From a virus, in the IMG/VR virus record IMGVR_UViG_3300046170_000478, positions 30,028 to 94,027 of that record: a stretch of DNA of 64,000 nucleotides; one strand, written 5' to 3'. How positions within the stretch are numbered: the first letter of the stretch is position 1; the number at the start of each line of letters is the position of its first letter. Position numbers and translations under genes: made by a program. Shown here piece by piece: positions 56,461 to 63,860 of the stretch. The notes beneath the pieces are model-generated. The model was not told the origin of the DNA. It saw nothing but the letters and a program-made list of their open reading frames with translations, and made no database searches.

Positions 56461-56665
56461 AAACACTAAACAAAACGACGAATGGAAGCAGCGTGAATTA
56501 GGCGCTCTTTGGAGAGTAGACGGTCAGAAGCAATCTTACTATAGTGGTTCTATTAAGGACGCAGATGGTAATGAGCTTAAAATCGTCTGTTTCCCCAATT
56601 CCTTCAAAGAGAAGGGTTCAAACCAGCCAGATATTAGAATTTACGCGAGTAAAGAGAAAGGTTAA
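56453..56665 (+). CDS. DUF736-like small protein
   Basis: ELGALW...YYSGSI...FPN..K....QPDIRIY. Confidence 0.55.
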   Translation: MSENTKQNDEWKQRELGALWRVDGQKQSYYSGSIKDADGNELKIVCFPNSFKEKGSNQPDIRIYASKEKG

Positions 56666-56666
56666 G

Positions 56667-56894
56667 ATGACTGAAGAAGATACAAATAAGCTGAAGTCTT
56701 TTTTAACTTCTGAGATGGTCTCTCGTATTACTTTGGCGGAAGCAATCAACATTATGCATAATCTAGCTGTTCAAGAAGTTGAGCAGAATGTTGAACAGAT
56801 GTCAGAAGAAGAAAGGATTTCTGCTCTAGAAGAACTTCAGTCTAAAGTTGAGTCAGCATCAGTTGAAAATGCAGATGGTAATTTAGAAAAATAA
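56667..56894 (+). CDS. hypothetical acidic protein
   Basis: ATG 56667 lies just after the previous stop codon. Confidence 0.55.
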   Translation: MTEEDTNKLKSFLTSEMVSRITLAEAINIMHNLAVQEVEQNVEQMSEEERISALEELQSKVESASVENADGNLEK

Positions 56895-56900
56895 GTGTAA
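56895..56900 (+). promoter_or_regulatory. GTGTAA late element (within TAAGTGT-AAG-ACACTTA)
   Basis: 10 nt before ATG 56911. Confidence 0.55.
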
Positions 56901-56910
56901 GACACTTATA

Positions 56911-57327
56911 ATGCCTTATACAGTCGAGTTTTTAGATGACGAGTTATATCGTAGCCTGTCTTTTGATGCTGATATCAAGTTTGAACAGGGGACCGAATAT
57001 GCTAAAAAAATCTGGGTTTTAAAAAAGTATAAAAGTCAGGGGGGTAAGATCGAGTTGACTGAATTTGAGGAAGAGAAGAAAAAACATACTGTAAATAAGT
57101 ATTCTTCTTACTCCCTGAGTAAGTCATTTAGAAACGATGAGCTAGTAGTGGAGGTGATTCAACATTATACTCTGCAAGACGACTTTGACTTCTTTTCTAA
57201 AGCGGAACTAGAAGAAGATACTGGAGATGAGAGTCTTAATAAAGAGTTGACTAAAATTAAAGAATCTGATTTTAGTGAACAATTGATTAAAAATCTTATT
57301 GAAGAATTTGATTGTGAAGGCGAATAG
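56911..57327 (+). CDS. hypothetical protein
   Basis: 138-aa ORF behind the late motif. Confidence 0.55.
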   Translation: MPYTVEFLDDELYRSLSFDADIKFEQGTEYAKKIWVLKKYKSQGGKIELTEFEEEKKKHTVNKYSSYSLSKSFRNDELVVEVIQHYTLQDDFDFFSKAELEEDTGDESLNKELTKIKESDFSEQLIKNLIEEFDCEGE

Positions 57328-58156
57328 AGTATTAATCACTGGTGCGGGCGGATTCATAGGCGGCAATTTAGCCGCCTATTTATCTCATAGGGGATACAAT
57401 GTAACAAAATTTGATTTTAATCTTGGTCATTCTGGATTGCCTAATGTCTTTGATCAAGATATTGTTATTCACCTTGGGGCTAATTCCAGTACAACAGAGA
57501 GAAATTTAAAGAAAATCCTCAAGCAGAATTTTGAATTTTCCAAGAAACTATTTGAGCTATGTGCGAGTGTAGATGTTAAGTTCCAGTATGCAAGCAGCGC
57601 ATCTGTTTATGGAACGGGGAAGAATTTTAATGAAGATGACTTCTGTAAACCTATAAGTCCGTATGCCTTTAGCAAATATATGTTTGATTGCTGGTTATTG
57701 AATCAAGATTATCCATACCAAGGTTTTAGGTATTTTAATGTTTATGGCTTAGGAGAAAATAAGAAGGGAGATCAGGCGAGTCCTGTGTCCAAGTTTATTA
57801 AACAAGCTTACAAAGACGGAGAGATAAGTTTATTTGAAAAAAGTGACAGGATAAAAAGGGATTTTGTTTGTGTCGATGATATTTGTGAGATCCATTACGA
57901 AATGCTTCTTAAAGATGAATCGGGCATATTTAATGTTGGAACTGGCAAGCCCATTTCTTTTACTGATGTCGCTGAGATAATACAATCAAAAATGACATGT
58001 GAAATCAAGGAAATACCTATGCCGAAACAGCTTGTGGGGCAATATCAGAGATTCACTAAAGCAAATAACTCTAAGTTATTAAAAGTTATTGGCGATTATA
58101 AATGGAAGAGTGTAAAGGATTATGTAGAAGAAAATTTAAATGCTCTCTCTAGTTAA
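57314..58156 (+). CDS. hldD: ADP-L-glycero-D-manno-heptose 6-epimerase
   Basis: ITGAGGFIG, HLGANSSTTE, YASSASVYG, YAFSK, FRYFNVYG..E.KKG.QAS and YQRFTKA. Confidence 0.85.
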   Translation: MKANRVLITGAGGFIGGNLAAYLSHRGYNVTKFDFNLGHSGLPNVFDQDIVIHLGANSSTTERNLKKILKQNFEFSKKLFELCASVDVKFQYASSASVYGTGKNFNEDDFCKPISPYAFSKYMFDCWLLNQDYPYQGFRYFNVYGLGENKKGDQASPVSKFIKQAYKDGEISLFEKSDRIKRDFVCVDDICEIHYEMLLKDESGIFNVGTGKPISFTDVAEIIQSKMTCEIKEIPMPKQLVGQYQRFTKANNSKLLKVIGDYKWKSVKDYVEENLNALSS

Positions 58157-58406
58157 ATCAGTATTAAAGTCAGTAGAGTTATATTTAACTTTAAAGAATA
58201 AACTATTCTTCTTTGAATTAACCAATAACCATGAAAGAAAAAGAAAAAAAATCATCCAAGAGATTGAAGATATTAGGTCTAATGACGGTGATGCTGACAG
58301 GGCTGATCTCTTGCGGGAACAACTCATCAGTGAAGACAAATCCTTTAAACATTTATCAGCCTTCTACTCTAAGTCTTCAGAACGGGATTCCAGTTCAGAC
58401 AAGTAA
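58140..58406 (+). CDS. possible i-spanin (Rz-like)
   Basis: Amphipathic/hydrophobic N-terminus plus coiled coil, overlapped by a lipoprotein gene in another frame. Confidence 0.4.
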   Translation: MLSLVKSVLKSVELYLTLKNKLFFFELTNNHERKRKKIIQEIEDIRSNDGDADRADLLREQLISEDKSFKHLSAFYSKSSERDSSSDK

Positions 58407-58500
58407 AGGTATATATACCCCCCAGACAGATGAAGTTTGGCATTCTGATGCTAGATTTAGGAAGCTTGAGAGGCAGCTTTATTTTCCCAGCGTGAAATAG
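58231..58500 (+). CDS. lipoprotein, possible o-spanin (Rz1-like)
   Basis: Basic N-terminus, hydrophobic stretch and lipobox LISC. Overlaps the previous gene by more than 170 nt. Confidence 0.5.
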   Translation: MKEKEKKSSKRLKILGLMTVMLTGLISCGNNSSVKTNPLNIYQPSTLSLQNGIPVQTSKGIYTPQTDEVWHSDARFRKLERQLYFPSVK

Positions 58501-58546
58501 AGCTTTTTAAGTGTAGATCTTGTATATACACTAACTTTAAATTTAT

Positions 58547-58792
58547 ATGCCTGATCCAAATCACACAAAAGGAGACATACACTCTAATTTCTCAGTTACT
58601 TCTGGAACATGGACTGGTTATAGGGTTGAAGTAACAGGTCTTTACAATGATTATTCTAGTAGTGATTTAGACGCACATGTCTGTAGGGAATTCAACAAAA
58701 AAATAAGAGATTTGGGCCAACCAGAATCTCTTTATATAGCTCCTTATGATGCTGGCTTGAGGTATACGGGTGATGGTTCCACTTTTTCTTAA
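58547..58792 (+). CDS. small [ST]G-rich late protein
   Basis: GTGTAG at 58511. Contains TSG, WTG, VTG and YTG in 81 aa. Confidence 0.5.
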   Translation: MPDPNHTKGDIHSNFSVTSGTWTGYRVEVTGLYNDYSSSDLDAHVCREFNKKIRDLGQPESLYIAPYDAGLRYTGDGSTFS

Positions 58793-58809
58793 TTTCTTTT
58801 AAGAAATAG

Positions 58810-58838
58810 TTGATATTACATTCTATAAATCATATAAT
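58810..58838 (+). promoter_or_regulatory. sigma70-type promoter, near-leaderless
   Basis: TTGATA-N17-TATAAT, ending 8 nt before ATG 58847. Confidence 0.65.
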
Positions 58839-58846
58839 AATCACAT

Positions 58847-59044
58847 ATGAACTCTATTGAATTTAGTGATGAAGAGCTTAATGCTCTTATGCAATTAATT
58901 GATATCGCAATTAAATCTCAAGGCTTGAATGTAGCTCAAGCTGGTGTCATCTTAGCGGACAAAGTTCGCGAAGCGGCTTCTCCTCCTCCTGAAGTTGATT
59001 CTGAACCCAAATTTGCTGAAGAAGCAGAGGTGGTATCAGATTAG
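58847..59044 (+). CDS. hypothetical protein
   Basis: 65-aa helical ORF with its own promoter. Confidence 0.6.
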   Translation: MNSIEFSDEELNALMQLIDIAIKSQGLNVAQAGVILADKVREAASPPPEVDSEPKFAEEAEVVSD

Positions 59045-59074
59045 TCTAATTCTACTTAGACATATCAGTTCATA

Positions 59075-59107
59075 AAGACACGATAGCCCCTTGGGTTATC
59101 GTGTCTT
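59075..59107. terminator. hairpin between convergent genes (bidirectional terminator candidate)
   Basis: AAGACACGATAGCCC-CTT-GGGTTATCGTGTCTT. Confidence 0.7.
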
Positions 59108-59123
59108 CATTTATTTAGGTCGT

Positions 59124-59954
59124 CTAATAAGTTTTCCGCTTACCTAGAAGTAAAATTATAGGGATGGCACTAAGAAGAATAAAATGCGCCTCTGGGATTG
59201 CAGTACCCGTTGTACCACTGAACTTTAAAATAGATGGGTTTTGTGAGAATGATACACCATTGAAGTAAATATCATCGCCTTGTACCGCGAATTGATCTAA
59301 CGAACTTAAAGTGAGTTGGGCATTTGGAGATAAGTTAACGATAGACCTTTCGGTTTGACTATTGATTGAGTCTCCAGCCCCTCGTAGAGTTAAACTGCTG
59401 GTTGAATCAACATTTATTTGTAATCCTATTGCGGAAAACATAGCGTTCATACTCGACCCTTCAGTTATATTTAAAGTAGAATAAACATTATCATCATCAT
59501 CTACTCCAGTAAAACCATTATTGTTTTGAAAAGTAAAATTCGTAGATTTTAATGTTACTGAAAACTCGTCACCGATTTCAATATTTGAATAAGAGGGGCT
59601 ATCTTCAAGTATTAGGGCATCCGTTATAGTCAATATGTTAGTAATAGGCGAATCTCTGTTTAATTCCAGAGAATCTGATTCTGAAAAATCCCAGTTTGGG
59701 GCATCATAAAAATCATAAATATCTTCTTCTTCTGCGTCCCAAACTATAACCATATCTAATTTCTTATCTTCGCTTTCGGCTATATCTACAACCTCCTCGT
59801 TACTAATCTGGATGGGTCTTTGAATATTGACTACAGGGTTGATATTAGGGTTTTCTGTAGGGTTTATTAGGAATACATTTCCTTCTACAGAGGCAATAAT
59901 AGCAGATTTAGCTACAGAAATAATTGAGAGTAAAGTTATGAGTGTGCGCTTCAT
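59124..59954 (-). CDS. secreted protein with PEP-CTERM-like sorting signal
   Basis: N-terminal signal peptide MKRTLITLLSIISVAKSA. C-terminus AIPEA-HFILLSAIPIILLL-GKRK. Confidence 0.65.
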   Translation of the reverse strand: MKRTLITLLSIISVAKSAIIASVEGNVFLINPTENPNINPVVNIQRPIQISNEEVVDIAESEDKKLDMVIVWDAEEEDIYDFYDAPNWDFSESDSLELNRDSPITNILTITDALILEDSPSYSNIEIGDEFSVTLKSTNFTFQNNNGFTGVDDDDNVYSTLNITEGSSMNAMFSAIGLQINVDSTSSLTLRGAGDSINSQTERSIVNLSPNAQLTLSSLDQFAVQGDDIYFNGVSFSQNPSILKFSGTTGTAIPEAHFILLSAIPIILLLGKRKTY

Positions 59955-60142
59955 TTCTTCTTTTTTAGTATAAGGTTTTTCAGTTTAGTGAGATTCCCCG
60001 TCAACTTCCCTAACAACCTCCCCAGCTTACTATTTTCAGGCACAATGTAGGAAAGCGTCCCCAATAAACCCAAGATAGAAATAATAAACTCAGGCATTGA
60101 CCCCATATAAGGAGCGAGTATTTTTTCAAATAAATCTTCCAT
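59951..60142 (-). CDS. small membrane protein, holin-like
   Basis: One TM segment followed by a basic amphipathic tail. Confidence 0.45.
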   Translation of the reverse strand: MEDLFEKILAPYMGSMPEFIISILGLLGTLSYIVPENSKLGRLLGKLTGNLTKLKNLILKKKK

Positions 60143-60147
60143 AATAA

Positions 60148-61362
60148 CTATTTTCTTATCATGTTGGGGAGTTTAATCACATCAGGGACTTGAGTGACTT
60201 GATCATCTTCTTCTAGTTCAAATGTTTCTTCTGAATTCTCAATATCTGTTTTTTCTTTTTCGCCCTCTTCAGACTGTTCTTCAGGCTCCTCTTTTTCTTC
60301 AGGCTCACCCTCTTCAGATTCTTCCTCCACTTCTTCTCCCTCTTCTTCTTCTTCGGATTCCTCCTCTTCGGATTCCTCCTCTTCGGATTCCTCCTCTTCA
60401 GCCTCTTCGGATTCCTCCTCTTCGGATTCCTCTTCTTCAGCCTCTTCGGATTCCTCTTCGGATTCCTCTTCGGATTCTTCTGTTTCCTCTCCTTCAGCCT
60501 CTTCCTCTGCTCCTTCTTCAGTTTCTACAGAATCCTCTTCTTTGACAGCTTCTCCTTCGCCTTCTTCATTATTTTCTTCTGTAGGCTCACCCTCATTTCC
60601 TTCGGCCTCGTCAGACGCTTCGCCTTCCCCCTCTTCACCACTAGATCCTTCACCTTCTCCTTCTTCGCCTCCTTCGTAACCTTCTTCAGATGTGCCGACA
60701 ACATCTCCATAACCTTTTTCAGCGTATTCTACAATTGACTCGGTAACGCCACCAAAAGGCTGAAACCCAATTGTCGTTTCAGTAAAATCATTTAAATTAG
60801 AAAATATCTGGTGTTCTTGCTCTGCCACAACAGCTATTTCAGTACCTTTTTCTTTTGTTGTTTTGGCTTGGAAGTAAGCTCCACTACCTATGGACATAGT
60901 TCCAGCGACCCCAATTGTTCCTACTTTTTGAACTGTCTCTTGGACAAAAGCGCTTAAACCAGTAGCGGCACTTGCTGTTTGGGTTGTCGCTCCAGCAGCG
61001 GCTGCAGCAGCAGTACCTTTTGCAGCTTTTTCTAAAATATCTTTATTTTTTTCAGCTATCTCAGACAACTTATCCATAGTAGAAGTCTCAGGGGTTTCAG
61101 CCTTCACTTCCTGACCTTTATTTTTTTCAACTTTAACTTCTTCTCCCTCAATCTCTTCTTCTAAGGACTCTTCTTCCACCTCATTGCCACATTCTTCACA
61201 GACACAAGGGCTTTGTTCCAAATGTTTAATTCTCTGTAATAAAGCCCATGCTGTTTCTCTTGCATGGCGGTCTAAATCAGAGATGATGTCGCTATCATCT
61301 GGATTGCAGTATTTTTTTGCGAAAGCTTCTGCTTCCGCAAGATCTTTGCGATGTTCCCCCAT
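60148..61362 (-). CDS. Glu-rich low-complexity protein
   Basis: 404 aa with a central Ala/Gly hydrophobic segment and a very acidic EEES-repeat tail. GTGTAT lies 10 nt before the ATG on the - strand. Confidence 0.65.
   Translation of the reverse strand: MGEHRKDLAEAEAFAKKYCNPDDSDIISDLDRHARETAWALLQRIKHLEQSPCVCEECGNEVEEESLEEEIEGEEVKVEKNKGQEVKAETPETSTMDKLSEIAEKNKDILEKAAKGTAAAAAAGATTQTASAATGLSAFVQETVQKVGTIGVAGTMSIGSGAYFQAKTTKEKGTEIAVVAEQEHQIFSNLNDFTETTIGFQPFGGVTESIVEYAEKGYGDVVGTSEEGYEGGEEGEGEGSSGEEGEGEASDEAEGNEGEPTEENNEEGEGEAVKEEDSVETEEGAEEEAEGEETEESEEESEEESEEAEEEESEEEESEEAEEEESEEEESEEEESEEEEEGEEVEEESEEGEPEEKEEPEEQSEEGEKEKTDIENSEETFELEEDDQVTQVPDVIKLPNMIRK
60351..60480. repeat. coding tandem repeat (12/15/24-nt units)
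   Basis: Eight copies of TTCGGATTC, encoding E(E)EES repeats on the - strand. Confidence 0.85.
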
Positions 61363-61372
61363 TTAATAATTC

Positions 61373-61398
61373 ATACACATATTTCTTTTTTTGTGTAA
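61373..61398. promoter_or_regulatory. divergent pair of GTGTA late elements
   Basis: GTGTAT on - (61378-61373) and GTGTAA on + (61393-61398), each 10 nt from its ATG. Confidence 0.55.
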
Positions 61399-61408
61399 GT
61401 TAATTTAC

Positions 61409-61723
61409 ATGGACCTAAAAAATCTAATGAGAGAATTTATGGATGGCGGATGGGTTATTCCAATAATTGGGGCTGCGGGTATGATAGCTAGGATGCTAAA
61501 CTCCAAAGTAGAATACTGTTGGAAGGAATTCGCAAAAAACGTTAGTTCTGCAGCAATACTCTCTATGATTTTATGGTTTATTTTGCATGATGCTCCCATA
61601 AGTGATTTAGTTAAAGCTGTTTCTTATGGTGTTGTTGGTGTAATTAGTCCTGAAATCATTAATGGTCTTATTGCATTAGCAAAAAAATATGCGAAAAACC
61701 CTGAAAAAATCATTAAAAAATAA
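61409..61723 (+). CDS. holin (3 TM, class I-like)
   Basis: Three hydrophobic segments and a basic C-terminus, directly before the endolysin. ATG at 61409. Confidence 0.65.
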   Translation: MDLKNLMREFMDGGWVIPIIGAAGMIARMLNSKVEYCWKEFAKNVSSAAILSMILWFILHDAPISDLVKAVSYGVVGVISPEIINGLIALAKKYAKNPEKIIKK

Positions 61724-61728
61724 TTAAA

Positions 61729-62349
61729 ATGGACTTTAAATCAAAAAAAGAAGTTGTTAAAACTGTTCAAAAATTACTTGAGATTTCTGCTGACGGAGCA
61801 GATGGTCCAGTTACTTGGAATGCTATATTGGCGAAGTTATCTACAGACGAAACAGAAGTTTCTGGGAGTAGTGTTTCAGAAAAAATGGTTAACCTAGCTC
61901 GTGGAGAAATTGGGGTATCAGAAGTTGACGGAAGTAACTGTGGACCAAGGGTGGATGTATACAAAGCTGCAACTTGGTTAGATCCTGATAAGGGTTGGCC
62001 TTGGTGTGCAGCCTTTATCTGTTGGTTAGTTAGAGAAGCCATAGAAGGAGAGGATATTTCCTTCAAAAGACCTCAAACAGCAGGAGCTTGGGACTTTGAA
62101 AATTGGGCTAGGAAACAAGTTTCAAAAGGAGTCGAGTTGCGGAAGCCTACAAATGAAGATATTAAAGCTGGAGATATAGTTGTTTTCACTTTTTCTCATA
62201 TTGGGTTAGCAGTTAAAGATATTGATTCCAGTGGTTATGTTACCACGATTGAGGGAAATACTAATGGAGCTGGCAGCAGAGAAGGAGGCTCTGTTTTGGA
62301 GAAGAAACGTCATGTTTCTTGTATTCGGAGTAGAATTAGGATTATCTAA
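61729..62349 (+). CDS. endolysin, peptidoglycan-binding segment + CHAP amidase
   Basis: VQKLLEISADGADGPVTW, PWCAAFICW, SHIGL and TIEGNT. Confidence 0.85.
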   Translation: MDFKSKKEVVKTVQKLLEISADGADGPVTWNAILAKLSTDETEVSGSSVSEKMVNLARGEIGVSEVDGSNCGPRVDVYKAATWLDPDKGWPWCAAFICWLVREAIEGEDISFKRPQTAGAWDFENWARKQVSKGVELRKPTNEDIKAGDIVVFTFSHIGLAVKDIDSSGYVTTIEGNTNGAGSREGGSVLEKKRHVSCIRSRIRII

Positions 62350-62376
62350 TAGAATTCCATTATCTCCTGTAATATA

Positions 62377-62679
62377 ATGTTACAGATGCAGAAAACTAAA
62401 ATCAAAGTCAGCAGGTATGACATCTTTGATTATGTCATAGGCATTTCTAATTTTGATCCTATAGAGAAGTGTATTGATCCAATACGTTATGAAGTCTTTG
62501 AGACTTTTATCTTTGATAATAAAAAAAAAGAAGATCTCCCTCAGGGTAAGGTTTTTTGCAAATTTGAAAAAGAGTTAATAAAACTAAAGACATTTTCCAG
62601 AAAAATGGATAATTCTGAGATTGATCGTATTAGTATAGAATTAGAGGAAATTGCTCCGATATTTGTCGATCTATTATAA
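62377..62679 (+). CDS. hypothetical protein
   Basis: ORF coupled by TAATG to the next gene. Confidence 0.5.
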   Translation: MLQMQKTKIKVSRYDIFDYVIGISNFDPIEKCIDPIRYEVFETFIFDNKKKEDLPQGKVFCKFEKELIKLKTFSRKMDNSEIDRISIELEEIAPIFVDLL

Positions 62680-63572
62680 TGAAGGGGGATATATTTATAG
62701 ATATCGATTACCATGGAGTGGGAGATAGAATTCAAATGTCTTCAGTGCCAGAGGCTATTTATAGATGGTATGGTAAAAAAGTCGTTGACATAAAGAAATC
62801 TTGGGTCTTTGATCATAATCCATACGTTATTAGAAGAGAAGATCACAGCGACGACCTTCAAATAAAATTTGATAACGAAGGATTTCATTGCCTTTACTGC
62901 GATGAGGTGGATTGGATAAATCCTGAAATAAAGGGGGTAACAAATCTACATAGAACACTTGATAAAAATGTTCAAATACTTATCCATAGCTTGTGTCCCC
63001 CTTACGCTGATCATCAGATAGCTAGCAGTAGGAGTACGTGGATTTTTCAAAGACTATGTATCAACGCTAATCAAAACCCTAAATTAAATATTCCTAGAGG
63101 ATCAAGGTTATACAAATATGAAGATCCTAGTGAGGTTAATAAAGATCAAATATCAATTCATGTCGGGCCTAGTAAAAGCACTGGCCAATTTATCCCCGAT
63201 CATGTTTTAGATATGATAAAGAAAAGATATTCCAATTACAAGATAATTCAAATTGGGAGTTCTAGCGACCACTATTCTCCATTTATTGATAAAAGAGGTC
63301 TTGATATTTGGGATTCTGTTGAAATTATCGCTAAAAGCTCAATTTTTATTGGCATAAACAGTGGACCGATGAATATTGCGAATTGTTATCCGCATATAAA
63401 TAAGAAAGTTATTTTTAATACTGATTTAGATTGGATGGAGAAAGAGATTCAAAGATTTGAGCCTTTGAATGCAAGAGTCAATGCATCTTTCGGATGGGTC
63501 GATTTCGGATGGCAGTACTTTACTACTAAAGAGCATGATATGGGCAGGATGTACTCTTATAACAGAATATAA
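62679..63572 (+). CDS. GT9-like glycosyltransferase
   Basis: GVGDRIQMSS, FDHNPYV, IIQIG and IIAKSSIFIGINSGPMNIA. Confidence 0.7.
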   Translation: MKGDIFIDIDYHGVGDRIQMSSVPEAIYRWYGKKVVDIKKSWVFDHNPYVIRREDHSDDLQIKFDNEGFHCLYCDEVDWINPEIKGVTNLHRTLDKNVQILIHSLCPPYADHQIASSRSTWIFQRLCINANQNPKLNIPRGSRLYKYEDPSEVNKDQISIHVGPSKSTGQFIPDHVLDMIKKRYSNYKIIQIGSSSDHYSPFIDKRGLDIWDSVEIIAKSSIFIGINSGPMNIANCYPHINKKVIFNTDLDWMEKEIQRFEPLNARVNASFGWVDFGWQYFTTKEHDMGRMYSYNRI

Positions 63573-63625
63573 ATTTTCCGTTATATTCCTAACGGTGTAA
63601 TATATTTATATAACAACACAAAATT

Positions 63626-63809
63626 ATGGACTCTATTCTTCAATTATTTCAAGATAACCCTTGGTTCGGCGTAGTTACAGCTTTTGTCGCTTTTGCTTCC
63701 GCTCTCGCTGCAGCTACCCCCACTCCTCGAGAAGGGACTTTTTTATCTAAGGTATACAAGGCAATTGATTGGGGCTGCGTTAAATATCGGCAAAGCCAAG
63801 CAGAAATGA
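63626..63809 (+). CDS. holin-like membrane protein with probable 1-nt insertion in G4 run 63771-63774
   Basis: Removing one G restores ...YKAIDWAALNIGKAKQK*, a familiar phage holin-like C-terminus. GTGTAA at 63595. Confidence 0.55.
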
Positions 63810-63825
63810 TTGGTTGAAATAACCC

Positions 63826-63853
63826 TTGAATAATCATCTCAACAGGCTATAAT
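63826..63853 (+). promoter_or_regulatory. sigma70-type promoter, leaderless
   Basis: TTGAAT-N16-TATAAT, ending 7 nt before ATG 63861. Confidence 0.6.
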
Positions 63854-63860
63854 ACTCTCA

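Noticed and set aside
60351-60480. CRISPR-like array
   Set aside because: Units are short, in-frame coding repeats with no unique spacers.
60222-60545. Pro/Leu-rich repeat ORF on the + strand
   Set aside because: Antisense reading of the Glu-rich repeat.
63771-63774. Phase-variable or pseudogenised holin-like gene
   Set aside because: G4 is too short for typical phase variation, and removing one G restores the expected C-terminus, so a sequencing indel is more likely.
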